DNA of 64,000 bases from an uncultured Gammaproteobacteria bacterium (lineage in GTDB: Bacteria; Patescibacteriota; Patescibacteriia; Magasanikbacterales; UBA922). The notes below the pieces were generated by a model, which had not been told where the DNA came from, searched no databases, and worked only from the letters and a program-made list of their open reading frames with translations. The first letter of the stretch is position 1. The number at the start of each line of letters is the position of its first letter. The position numbers and the translations under genes are program-made. The stretch covers positions 949,657-1,013,656 of the forward strand of contig OZ246405.1 in NCBI GenBank assembly GCA_965231005.1. The letters are read 5' to 3'. Below, piece by piece: positions 1 through 9,158 of this stretch.

Positions 1-327
1 TGTGGAAAAACATTAGAAGATGCACACGATGCCATGGTTGACATTCAAGCATCGATTGAAGTATTTGAAGGACAAATGAAGATGTACGATGACCTTCCAA
101 ATGATTTGGATCAATTACATGAATATTGTTTTCCAAATGATCCAGATGCATATGATGCAGAAGGAAAACTAAAATTTATCAATGGAAAAATTGCAATCAA
201 CTTTGGAAAACACAAAGGAAAACCAATTCAAGAACTTGCTGCAACTGATCCAGGATATTTAGAATGGATATTGAATGGAAGTTTTTCTGAAAAAGTAAAG
301 CAGGCAGTTAAAGATCACTTGAAATAA
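1..327 (+). CDS. DEDDh-type 3'-5' exonuclease family protein, C-terminal fragment (gene starts upstream of window)
   Basis: Frame continuous from nt 1; 'HDAM' (exo motif III H-x4-D-like) then basic C-terminal 'KHKGKPIQEL...DPGYLEWIL' tail. Confidence 0.45.
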   Translation, partial: CGKTLEDAHDAMVDIQASIEVFEGQMKMYDDLPNDLDQLHEYCFPNDPDAYDAEGKLKFINGKIAINFGKHKGKPIQELAATDPGYLEWILNGSFSEKVKQAVKDHLK

Positions 328-330
328 AAA

Positions 331-363
331 AATCGACCCGCCACAGCGCAATGCTGGGCGGGT
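331..363 (-). terminator. GC hairpin (GACCCGCC/GGCGGGTC) with T-run on minus strand; terminator for the lipoprotein gene, bidirectional
   Basis: 8-bp GC stem, 12-nt loop, followed on minus strand by ATTTTTTTATTTC. Confidence 0.6.
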
Positions 364-393
364 CTTCCTCTCTTACACGTCTGTTGATTCATC

Positions 394-1182
394 TCACCAG
401 CTGGCTCGACGATGGCAGCCGATCTTCTGCAACTCTTCCTTGGTCAGACCATGCTTCGGCATTTTCGGCTTTCTGAGCAGCTTGCACAATCGATTCGATC
501 TGATGACTCTGCTTCCGCCGCCGGCCTTGAGCAAGTAGTCGTACTCAAACCTAATCCCCAGGTTGTATGCCTTTGCCAGGTCAGCAACCTTTGGACCTTC
601 AAAGTCCGCTGGCATCTTGTGCAGCTTCTGCGGCACGGCCTTCTTGAAGAAGTCCACGTAGTCTGCAAGCAGTTCGGCGTAGAAGTACCGTTTTCCTCGA
701 AGCATGAGATCTGTCTTCGTGTACTTGACCAGCTCTGCAATGGCTGCGCTGTAGATGATGATCATCTGCTTCCGACCCTTCTTGATCTCGGCAAGGGTGG
801 GTTGACCTCTGCGCGGGTATGTCCTTTTGAACCAGGACCGCAGGCCTGGATGATCACGCTTTCTCCACAAGGCCTTTTCCAGCCTCTCTACACAATGGAC
901 GAGGCGGTCTGGATTCATTTTCAGGAGACTGTCGAGCACATGCTCTTGCGGAGAAAACTGCTCGAACGTACCCCAAGTCTCACCTTTGCCAACGCGCGTG
1001 TAGGCAAAGCGCTCCTGAAAGCACATGGTCACATCTCTCATCTGGGTTGCGTAGTCAGCCTTGTCACGACTGGTCAGGTACTTTTCGTCATACGGGTCGT
1101 ATTTGACGGGCTTCTGAGGCTGAGACCCACCACACCCACACATGAGTGAGATGATGAGGCAGAGTGAAATTCGAAAGAGCAT
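394..1182 (-). CDS. lipoprotein of unknown function inside a GC-rich island
   Basis: ORF 394..1251 trimmed to M at 1182 (MLFRISLCLIISLMCGCGG: signal peptide + lipobox LMCGC); GGGGG SD 6 nt upstream; ~55% GC vs ~33% surroundings. Confidence 0.55.
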   Translation of the reverse strand: MLFRISLCLIISLMCGCGGSQPQKPVKYDPYDEKYLTSRDKADYATQMRDVTMCFQERFAYTRVGKGETWGTFEQFSPQEHVLDSLLKMNPDRLVHCVERLEKALWRKRDHPGLRSWFKRTYPRRGQPTLAEIKKGRKQMIIIYSAAIAELVKYTKTDLMLRGKRYFYAELLADYVDFFKKAVPQKLHKMPADFEGPKVADLAKAYNLGIRFEYDYLLKAGGGSRVIRSNRLCKLLRKPKMPKHGLTKEELQKIGCHRRASW

Positions 1183-1360
1183 GATGTCCCCCTTTTGCTG
1201 TTGTCGTTGGGCCCATTCACAGGTTGTGAAATGGATATCTAACACTATCATAGTAAAAAGACAATGTCAAGATGTGTATTGTTTTGGCAAAAATATAGGA
1301 TTTTTTTTTATATTTTGGTATAATGTATACATACTCATAGTCCCCTATGAACATTTTTGT

Positions 1361-1894
1361 ATGAATCCAAACACACTGCCACAACGAGATACAGATACAA
1401 GACCTACTCAAGAAAGAAGAAGTACTTCTGAGGTTCAGCATCACGATTCAAAAGAACATCTTACAGAGCAGGAAGCAAAAAATATTATTGAACATGCAAA
1501 ACCAATTCCTGAGCAAAAAGAAGAAGTGGGATTTTTAGATGAAGCAATCGAAGGGCTTCGCTCACGCTTAAAAAAACCAAAAAAGAAAAAATCAGGGAGT
1601 ATTCCACAAGTTCGTGATGAAATGACTGTCAAGGTTGAAAAAATAATGGAAGAGGGGCTAAAAGATGCCTTTATTGAAATGACTCCAGTACAACAACAAG
1701 AATTTAAGTTAAAGGGAGAACAAACAGCATTTGAAATACGAAATCTCTTAAAGGCAGGCAAAGTAAAAGTCAAAAAAGTATTTAGTCTTCTTGTAGAATG
1801 GCTAAAAATGCTTCCTGGGGTAAATCGTTTTTTTGCAGAGCAAGAGGCAAAAATCAAAGCAGATAAAATTATTTCACTCAAGCACCATCAATAA
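1361..1894 (+). CDS. hypothetical charged soluble protein, first gene of VirB4-like operon
   Basis: ORF 1142..1894 trimmed to first ATG in AT-rich DNA (1361); extended -10 TGGTATAAT at 1316-1324; 21-nt gap to next gene. Confidence 0.45.
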   Translation: MNPNTLPQRDTDTRPTQERRSTSEVQHHDSKEHLTEQEAKNIIEHAKPIPEQKEEVGFLDEAIEGLRSRLKKPKKKKSGSIPQVRDEMTVKVEKIMEEGLKDAFIEMTPVQQQEFKLKGEQTAFEIRNLLKAGKVKVKKVFSLLVEWLKMLPGVNRFFAEQEAKIKADKIISLKHHQ

Positions 1895-1915
1895 CTCATA
1901 GCACATTCGGATTTC

Positions 1916-4495
1916 TTGTTTATGTTACTTTTCCAGTTTGCTGTAAATCCACAAACAAGCCAAACATTCTCGACCAATGGAGATCAAGCTCTTTTTTTGT
2001 TGCTTCTGGGTTGGTCACTTGTTGCCGTAGGTATTGGAGTTGCATTCATTGTCCGTGCAATTCTCCGTTCACAGTCACAGGCATCAAAAGCATTTCACAG
2101 AGTTGTCTTGCAAATTCTTGTGCCAAAAGAAAGAAAATCTGAAGGACAAGGCGGACAAGTAGGTCAAGAAGATAGACTTGAGATGATTAAAGAGGAAATT
2201 GGTATTACAGAGACCTTTTTCTCAAGTATTGCAGGACTTCGCGCACAACGAGGCTTTTCACGATGGCTTCATGGAAGAACAGACCATTTTTCTTTTGAAA
2301 TTGTCGTCCAAAACCAACAAATCTATTTTTATGTTGACATCCCAAAGAAGATGGCACAATTTTTTGAACAACAAATACATGCACAATTTCCTTATGCACA
2401 AATTGAGGAAATGACAGATTATAATATTTTTTCAGAACAAAGTGCAGTGATTGGTGCTTACATGACAAGTACAAAGCGAGATGAATTCCCATTCAAGACA
2501 TATAAAACAATGGAATCTGATCCACTGTCTCCTGTGCTCAATGCCCTAGCAAAAATAAATCAACCTGGAGATACAGCTGCAGTTCAATTTGTTCTTCGTT
2601 CTTCACATGCAAAATGGAGGAGAAAAGGTGTTAGCCTTGTGCGAGATGTGAAAAAAGGAAAGAAGTTTGAAAAAGTGGCTGATGACAATTTTTTCACAAA
2701 ATTCATGTCTGCTGCCAGTGATCTTCTTAAAGATGCAGCAGCATCAAAAAAGAATGATTTGTCAGATCCAAAAAAGCAATATCAACTATCACCAATGGAA
2801 GAAGAAATGCTTAAGGGTATTGAGCAAAAGCTTAGTAAGGGTGGCATTGATATTACAACAAGAATTTTGAGTGTTTCAAATAATGATGCAACAGCGCAAC
2901 TTAACCTAGATAACCTTGTAAACGCATTTAACCAATACAATTTTTATAGATATGGAAATAGTTTTAAGGCAGTTGTCCCTCGAAATCAAACACGCCTTAT
3001 TCAAAATTTTATATATAGAGCCTTTGATCATAAAAGAAACTTTGTCGTAAATACAGAGGAAATGTCCTCGCTGTGGCACCTGCCGCTCCATTCAACAGAA
3101 GCACCAAATATTAAATGGCTCTCTGGAAGAACTTCTCCCCCACCTGCAAATCTACCAAAAGAAGGTCTTCATCTTGGATATGTGAAGTATCGAGGAACAA
3201 AGACAGAAGTGTATTTAAAAGAGGCAGATCGTCGAAGACACTTATATATTATTGGAAAATCTGGAAGTGGAAAATCAGTATTTATTTCTAATCTTGCAAT
3301 TCAAGATATAAAAGCTGGCCATGGAATTGGTGTTGTTGATCCACATGGAGATTTGGTCGAAGATATCCTTGCGCACATTCCAAAAGAGCGTGCTGATGAT
3401 GTTATTGTGTTTAATCCATCTGATATGGATAGACCAATAGGATTAAACATGCTTGAGGCAAAAACAGAAGATCAAAAAGACTTTGCTGTTCAAGAAATGA
3501 TATCTATTTTCTATAAGCTCTTTCCACCTGAGATGATTGGTCCAATGTTTGAGCACAATATGCGAAATGTGATGCTAACACTTATGGCTGATTTGGATAA
3601 TCCAGGAACAATTATTGATATTCCACGAATGTTTACAGACGATGACTATGTAAAAGTTTATTTGAAAAAGCTAGAAGATCCTGTTGTACGCGCGTTCTGG
3701 GAAAAAGAAATGGCAAAAACAAGTGACTTTCATAAATCAGAAATGCTTGGTTACCTTGTCTCAAAAGTTGGACGTTTTGTTGGAAATGAAATGATGAGAA
3801 ATATTATGGGACAACAAAAATCAGGATTTGATTTCAGAGAAATCATGGACAATAAAAAGATCCTTCTTATTAATCTTGCAAAAGGAAAGACTGGTGAGGT
3901 GAACGCAAAACTCTTAGGACTTATTGTTGTTGCAAAATTACAAATGGCAGCAATGGGAAGAGCTGACATGGCTGAAAAGGATAGACATGATTTCTATCTT
4001 TATATTGATGAGTTCCAAAACTTTATAACAGACTCAATTTCCACAATTCTTTCTGAGGCAAGAAAATATAGACTTGACCTTATTATTGCTCACCAGTATA
4101 TGGGACAGCTTACTGATGACAAAGGAAAAAGTGATGTTCGTGATGCTGTGCTTGGAAATGTGGGAACCATGTGTGTCGGACGAATTGGTCCAGATGATGC
4201 TGAAGTACTTGCAAAAGAATTTGCACCAGTATTTGGCTCATATGATCTTCTTAATCCCCCACCATTCTCCTGGTATACAAAAATGCTTATAGATGGAAAA
4301 GCTGGAAAACCATTTAATGTTGCATCTTATCCCCTTGTTGAAGGTAATACTGAAATAGCAAACGCAATTAAAGAACTGTCTCGGCTGAAATATGGAAGAG
4401 ATAGAAGTATTGTTGAAACAGAGATACTCGACCGAACTAAACTTGGATCGGCAGAAGCACAGGGCGATACAGGAGCTGCAGAAGCATCATTATAA
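1916..4495 (+). CDS. VirB4/TraC/TrbE-like type IV secretion/conjugation ATPase (AAA-like, FtsK/HerA fold)
   Basis: N-terminal TM; Walker A 'YIIGKSGSGKS' at ~aa 445; Walker B 'LYIDEFQNF'; 'EARKYRLDLIIAHQYMGQL' motif; ~400-aa N-domain before Walker A fits VirB4 rather than VirD4. Confidence 0.6.
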   Translation: MFMLLFQFAVNPQTSQTFSTNGDQALFLLLLGWSLVAVGIGVAFIVRAILRSQSQASKAFHRVVLQILVPKERKSEGQGGQVGQEDRLEMIKEEIGITETFFSSIAGLRAQRGFSRWLHGRTDHFSFEIVVQNQQIYFYVDIPKKMAQFFEQQIHAQFPYAQIEEMTDYNIFSEQSAVIGAYMTSTKRDEFPFKTYKTMESDPLSPVLNALAKINQPGDTAAVQFVLRSSHAKWRRKGVSLVRDVKKGKKFEKVADDNFFTKFMSAASDLLKDAAASKKNDLSDPKKQYQLSPMEEEMLKGIEQKLSKGGIDITTRILSVSNNDATAQLNLDNLVNAFNQYNFYRYGNSFKAVVPRNQTRLIQNFIYRAFDHKRNFVVNTEEMSSLWHLPLHSTEAPNIKWLSGRTSPPPANLPKEGLHLGYVKYRGTKTEVYLKEADRRRHLYIIGKSGSGKSVFISNLAIQDIKAGHGIGVVDPHGDLVEDILAHIPKERADDVIVFNPSDMDRPIGLNMLEAKTEDQKDFAVQEMISIFYKLFPPEMIGPMFEHNMRNVMLTLMADLDNPGTIIDIPRMFTDDDYVKVYLKKLEDPVVRAFWEKEMAKTSDFHKSEMLGYLVSKVGRFVGNEMMRNIMGQQKSGFDFREIMDNKKILLINLAKGKTGEVNAKLLGLIVVAKLQMAAMGRADMAEKDRHDFYLYIDEFQNFITDSISTILSEARKYRLDLIIAHQYMGQLTDDKGKSDVRDAVLGNVGTMCVGRIGPDDAEVLAKEFAPVFGSYDLLNPPPFSWYTKMLIDGKAGKPFNVASYPLVEGNTEIANAIKELSRLKYGRDRSIVETEILDRTKLGSAEAQGDTGAAEASL

Positions 4496-4509
4496 TATAA
4501 GAAAGTACA

Positions 4510-5346
4510 ATGATCGCAGTACTCATGATTTCCATTGCAACACTCTTTGATGAGGTGTCTGCAAGTATTGGAAAGACAGAAATTACCCAAAAAAAGGAAA
4601 GCATCTACACGATGGGCTTTTTATCCTTGTTTTGGGTTTGGATTTTTATGATTATTTCAACTGTGTTTATTACAAAAGATTTTAGATTCGCGCTTGCTGC
4701 ACTACCAACCTTTATGTTGCGTGTCATTTTTGAAATATTTCAGGCAACGCTTACTGCACATGCAATTGAAAAGGCAGACAGATCCACGTTCAACTTCATC
4801 CGGCTGTTTACCATTCCTCTTCTGTTTGGTGTTGATATTATTCTTGGATACACTCTCTCTCTTGGACAACTTATTGGAATGGCAATTATAATTTTGACAT
4901 TGCTTGGTATGTCACTAGATAAAAAATTTGGCAAAAAAGGATCTCATTATGTAGCGCTTTCAGCAGTAAACGCAGTAATTACAATTTCTCTTTATAAATA
5001 TAACATTACGAATTTCAACTCTGTTGGAGGAGAACAAATTGTCATGATCTTTATTCTACTTATATACTTCTATTTGACCGCACTTATCATTACAAAAGAA
5101 CACCCAATTAGGATGATGAAGAAACCAATTTTCTTTGCACAATCATTTACTCATGGGCTGGGTGGTGCTATAACCAGCTTTGCATTTCTTTTTGGACCAG
5201 CATCAGTCATTACCGCGACAAAAAGATCGACAGCAATATTATGGTCAATTATTTCTGGAAAAAAGTATTTTCATGAACATCATATAATCACAAAAATGAT
5301 TTTCTTTGCATTCATACTCGCAGGATTGATATTTTTTGTGCTATAA
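4510..5346 (+). CDS. polytopic integral membrane protein (possible VirB6/TrbL-like partner)
   Basis: ~8 hydrophobic helices; 14-nt gap after ATPase gene; function inferred only from context. Confidence 0.45.
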   Translation: MIAVLMISIATLFDEVSASIGKTEITQKKESIYTMGFLSLFWVWIFMIISTVFITKDFRFALAALPTFMLRVIFEIFQATLTAHAIEKADRSTFNFIRLFTIPLLFGVDIILGYTLSLGQLIGMAIIILTLLGMSLDKKFGKKGSHYVALSAVNAVITISLYKYNITNFNSVGGEQIVMIFILLIYFYLTALIITKEHPIRMMKKPIFFAQSFTHGLGGAITSFAFLFGPASVITATKRSTAILWSIISGKKYFHEHHIITKMIFFAFILAGLIFFVL

Positions 5347-5379
5347 TAAAAAACAAATAAACAAATTCAACATAAACAT

Positions 5380-5922
5380 ATGAGCGAAGAAACAAAAACA
5401 AACGAGGAACAACAAATTGACATTGCAAGAATCCGCACACATCTTAATTCCATGAAAGATCAAATTGATGGTGTTTTGCGTCTATTAAATGGAACACACA
5501 CTCGCCTTATTTCAAAAGTCTCAGATGATATTGATGTGCTAGAAACTGGAGAGCAAGTGCTTGAAGGTATTTTCAATGGTATTTCCATGATAAGTAATAG
5601 CGGTGAAGAATATCCTATTCCACCAAATTATGCGAGTAAGTCAAAACTAGTTGAAGGAGATAGATTAAAACTCACAATTACAAATAAAGGATCTTTTGTA
5701 TTTAAGCAAATTGAACCGATTGAAAGAGAACAAATTGTTGGTGAACTTGCAAAAGATGCAGATACACAGCAATGGGTTGTTGTTGCCAATGGTAAGCCAT
5801 ACAAAATATTGACCGCATCAGTAACATTTTATAAAGGAAATCCTGGGGATGACGTTGCAATTCTTATCCCCAAGGGAATACCTGCAACATGGGGAGCAGT
5901 TGAAAATATTATCCATAAATAA
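5380..5922 (+). CDS. hypothetical protein, last gene of the operon
   Basis: 180-aa ORF, 33-nt gap, followed by strong terminator. Confidence 0.45.
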   Translation: MSEETKTNEEQQIDIARIRTHLNSMKDQIDGVLRLLNGTHTRLISKVSDDIDVLETGEQVLEGIFNGISMISNSGEEYPIPPNYASKSKLVEGDRLKLTITNKGSFVFKQIEPIEREQIVGELAKDADTQQWVVVANGKPYKILTASVTFYKGNPGDDVAILIPKGIPATWGAVENIIHK

Positions 5923-5936
5923 ATCCAATAAACATA

Positions 5937-5961
5937 AAATCCAGCCAAAAGGCTGGATTTT
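5937..5961. terminator. bidirectional intrinsic terminator (CCAGCC-aaaa-GGCTGG flanked by A/T runs)
   Basis: aaaatCCAGCCaaaaGGCTGGatttt between convergent genes. Confidence 0.65.
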
Positions 5962-5982
5962 ATAATTTGGTATAAAGTCTAC

Positions 5983-6246
5983 TTAGTCTGTGCTAGTCAT
6001 GTGTCCAGAAACGAGCTTTGTCATTTCAAACATGTTTACTTCATCTTTACCAAAGAGAGGACGAAGTTTGTCATCAGCGAAAATATTTCGCTTATTTGCG
6101 GGATTTTGAAGATCATGCTTCTTGATGTACTCCCACAATTTTTTAACCACTTGCCCACGTGGCATTGGTCCTTTTCCAACTACAGCTTCTAGCTCGTCAG
6201 AAAGGTTGAGAGGCTTAAGAAGCGCTGGGTTTGCTTTTCTTGGCAT
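5983..6246 (-). CDS. SWIB/MDM2-domain protein
   Basis: 'LSDELEAVVGKGPMPRGQVVKKLWEYIKKHDLQNPANKRNI..DDKLRPLFGKDEVNMFEMTKLVSGH' matches SWIB domain pattern. Confidence 0.7.
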   Translation of the reverse strand: MPRKANPALLKPLNLSDELEAVVGKGPMPRGQVVKKLWEYIKKHDLQNPANKRNIFADDKLRPLFGKDEVNMFEMTKLVSGHMTSTD

Positions 6247-6410
6247 AGCAAAATGTTAATGTGACTAAATATTAAATAACTCAATCACAGCATACCATAC
6301 CCTAGAGAAATAGGCAATAGAAGAGACTATATTGCCATTTTACTGTGGATACAATATAAGGTATAATGAGTGCATTATGTTTTAGTATATTGGCCCCTAT
6401 TGTTCATCCT

Positions 6411-7934
6411 ATGGCTCTATATCACACACACAGACCTCAAAACTTCTCCAATGTTATTGGTCAAGAACACATTGTAACAACACTCGAAAATCAAGTAAAA
6501 ACAAATAAGGTAGCACATGCATATCTTTTTTCTGGTTCTCGTGGAATAGGAAAAACAACCACAGCTAGAATCCTTGCTAAATCAATTAATTGCGAAAAAA
6601 GAAAAGAAAACAAGAGTACTCCATGCGATGACTGCCAATCTTGCACAGAAATTGCTGCCTCACGTTCAATTGATGTCATAGAGATTGATGCAGCAAGCAA
6701 TACTGGCGTTGATAATGTCAGGACAAATATCATTGAAAATGCCCAATTTAAACCTACAAAATCAAAGTATAAAATATTTATCATAGATGAGGTACACATG
6801 CTCTCTACAAGTGCATTTAATGCGCTCTTAAAAATCATGGAAGAGCCACCAGAGCATGTCATGTTTATCCTTGCAACGACTGAGCTTCATAAACTTCCAG
6901 AAACAATTATTTCACGCTGCCAACGATTTGATTTTAAGCGTATTTCTTTTGATATCCTTGTAAAACATCTTAAAAAAATAGCAAAAACTGAAAAAATTTC
7001 TATTGACACTGATGTACTAGAACGCATTGTAAACAAAAGTGAAGGCAGTGCGCGTGATGCAGTAAGTTTATTAGAACAAATAATTGCCAGTGGCGCAGAT
7101 CATATTACCTCAGAAACAGCAGCAATGTTCCTTCCACCAACACAGAGTGAGCAAGCTGTTTCCCTTGCCATAGCCCTGTTGCATAAAAAAATAGACGATG
7201 CATTTTTATCACTGTATAAAAATGCAGAGGAGCAATCAATAAATTATACTCATCTCATTGATCAGCTAGTATTACTTATCCGAGGAACAATGATCCTTCA
7301 TTCAAATGGTGCAGCACAAATAGCAGGAGTTGATATTAATCCTGAACTACAAAAACAACTGAAAGAATCTTCTATTCAACTTCAAGGAAAAGATATTGTA
7401 CAATTAATGACCTTGCTACTAAAGAGAAGAGCTGAAATGAATATAGCCCCTCTCCCCCAGCTTCCTTTAGAAATGCTTATTATTGAATGGTGTGAAGAAT
7501 CCAATACTGAATTGCCACCAAAGCCTGAAAATGTAGAAAAAAGTGCACCAGTAGAAGAAAAGCCTATACAAGAAAAGCCAGTTGTTCAAACGACGCAAGC
7601 TTCAAATACGCAAACAAAAGATACTGTTGAAGCAATCTGGCCAACCTTTATTGCAACATTAGAAGATTCTCATCCTTCTCTTGTATTTATTATAAAAATG
7701 GCATCAATTATATCTGTAGAAAGCAATGTGATAACTCTTGCAGTACAATATTCTTTCCATCAAGAAAAGCTCATGCAAAAAAAGAGCAAAGATACTATTC
7801 AAAATTGTCTTTCAGGATGCCTTGATTCAACTGTGGAAATAAACATTATTTTAGAAGATGGTGCAAAACAAGATGATAAACCAAATCAAGAACTTCAAGA
7901 ACTTGCATCATTAGTGGGCGGCCAAATAGTATGA
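6411..7934 (+). CDS. dnaX: DNA polymerase III subunit gamma/tau
   Basis: 'MALYHTHRPQNF', Walker A 'GSRGIGKTTTARI', Zn module 'CDDCQSC', 'IDEVHML', 'SRCQRFDF'; start chosen at M16 of ORF 6366..7934. Confidence 0.85.
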   Translation: MALYHTHRPQNFSNVIGQEHIVTTLENQVKTNKVAHAYLFSGSRGIGKTTTARILAKSINCEKRKENKSTPCDDCQSCTEIAASRSIDVIEIDAASNTGVDNVRTNIIENAQFKPTKSKYKIFIIDEVHMLSTSAFNALLKIMEEPPEHVMFILATTELHKLPETIISRCQRFDFKRISFDILVKHLKKIAKTEKISIDTDVLERIVNKSEGSARDAVSLLEQIIASGADHITSETAAMFLPPTQSEQAVSLAIALLHKKIDDAFLSLYKNAEEQSINYTHLIDQLVLLIRGTMILHSNGAAQIAGVDINPELQKQLKESSIQLQGKDIVQLMTLLLKRRAEMNIAPLPQLPLEMLIIEWCEESNTELPPKPENVEKSAPVEEKPIQEKPVVQTTQASNTQTKDTVEAIWPTFIATLEDSHPSLVFIIKMASIISVESNVITLAVQYSFHQEKLMQKKSKDTIQNCLSGCLDSTVEINIILEDGAKQDDKPNQELQELASLVGGQIV

Positions 7935-8929
7935 CAAGCACAAAAGAAAAAACTTACCTAATATTTTTTGTTGCAGCTGTATCAATGCTGTTTTTAATTT
8001 TCCCAGACAGTGCTTCTGCCAAAAAACTTTTTGTGCCATTTACACCACAAGCCCCGTTTGGTGATTGGCGACAACCTTGGCAAGATGCGTGTGAAGAATC
8101 AACAATTGTTATGGTTGATAACTTTTATGCCGGTACACAAATCACAAAGGAACAAGGAAGAGATCAAATCCGTCATATATTAAATCTAAAGAAAAATATG
8201 TACGGATTTAGTCTAGATGAAAATGCTGAAAAGATTGCTGGGATTATCAATAACTTTCTACCATGGGAAGCAGAAATTGTTGCAAATCCAACAATTGAAC
8301 AAATAAAAACAGAAATTGATGAAGGAAGACCTATTATTGGACTGACGCATGGAAGATATTTATACAATCCATATTTTTTTGATGGAGGTCCAGAATACCA
8401 TACGATTGTAATATCTGGATATGATGATGAAACAAAGGAATTTATTACACAAGAACCTGGCACACGCCGTGGACTTGATTATCGATATTCGTACGATAGA
8501 ATCATGAATGCAATTCATGACTTTGCTCCTGGAAAAAAGACAAAATTTTCTACACCTACAGTGATATTTACTAAAAAATATACAGACAAAAGTGGAAAAA
8601 CTGACGGAGACAATGATGGACTTATTAAGGACCAAGAATTAATGTATGGCTCCATCCTCTGGCTAGCAGACAGTGACGGAGATGGATATTCAGATGGAGA
8701 AGAAGTGGCAGCAGGCCATTCCCCTACATTTCCAAGACATAAAGCAAAAGATGGTGACTTATTAAAATCACCAACAAATCCAAAGGTATATATTATTCAG
8801 AATGGTAAGAAACATCATATCTATAATGAAGTAGTATTTTTGAAACATAATTGGAAATGGAGTAATATTAAACAGGTTAGTGATTCTGAGCTAGCCTCCA
8901 TAGAAACAGGAAAACCCATTACCACGTAA
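7931..8929 (+). CDS. secreted C39-like peptidase-domain protein with Asp-rich (DGDGYSDGEE) Ca-binding-like repeat
   Basis: Signal peptide MTSTKEKTYLIFFVAAVSMLFLIFPDSASA; papain/C39-like core 'GRPIIGLTHGRYLY...HTIVISGYDDE'; ATGA overlap with dnaX stop. Confidence 0.45.
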   Translation: MTSTKEKTYLIFFVAAVSMLFLIFPDSASAKKLFVPFTPQAPFGDWRQPWQDACEESTIVMVDNFYAGTQITKEQGRDQIRHILNLKKNMYGFSLDENAEKIAGIINNFLPWEAEIVANPTIEQIKTEIDEGRPIIGLTHGRYLYNPYFFDGGPEYHTIVISGYDDETKEFITQEPGTRRGLDYRYSYDRIMNAIHDFAPGKKTKFSTPTVIFTKKYTDKSGKTDGDNDGLIKDQELMYGSILWLADSDGDGYSDGEEVAAGHSPTFPRHKAKDGDLLKSPTNPKVYIIQNGKKHHIYNEVVFLKHNWKWSNIKQVSDSELASIETGKPITT

Positions 8930-8930
8930 T

Positions 8931-8992
8931 ACCATTCGGGGATCGCCACGTAAAACTCGCTCTGCTCGTCACGTGGCAAGTCTAATGGTAAG
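8931..8992 (+). repeat. partial duplicate of tRNA-Gln 5' end (two blocks) split by a CACGT-rich hairpin; pseudo-tRNA/att-like scar
   Basis: 'cattcggggatcg' (8933-8945) and 'tctaatggta' (8981-8990) repeat 9045-9066 of the intact tRNA; 35-nt insert CCACGT...ACGTGG hairpin between them. Confidence 0.4.
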
Positions 8993-9047
8993 AACATTAC
9001 TTTTCCATTGACTTGTGACGTGGTGTGCGAAGCACACTTTACGTCAT

Positions 9048-9118
9048 TCGGGGATCGTCTAATGGTAGGACACCAGGTTCTGGTCCTGGGTATCAGGGTT
9101 CGAATCCTTGTCCCCGAG
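9048..9118 (+). tRNA. tRNA-Gln (anticodon CUG), no encoded CCA
   Basis: Manual cloverleaf: acceptor TCGGGGA/TCCCCGA, D-stem GTCT/GGAC (one G.U), anticodon stem CCAGG/CCTGG with loop TTCTGGT, T-arm CAGGG-TTCGAAT-CCTTG, discriminator G. Confidence 0.8.
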
Positions 9119-9158
9119 CACCGCAAAATTCTATATTTCAAAAATTATAAACAAGACT

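Noticed and set aside
412-1149. 245-aa plus-strand ORF (and 444..740 minus) overlapping the lipoprotein gene
   Set aside because: Shadow ORFs typical of GC-rich DNA. There is no SD or start context. The lipoprotein frame has signal peptide, lipobox and SD.
1142-1360. N-terminal 73 codons of ORF 1142..1894
   Set aside because: The extension runs antisense through the GC-rich lipoprotein gene. The first ATG in AT-rich DNA (1361) with an extended -10 upstream is more plausible.
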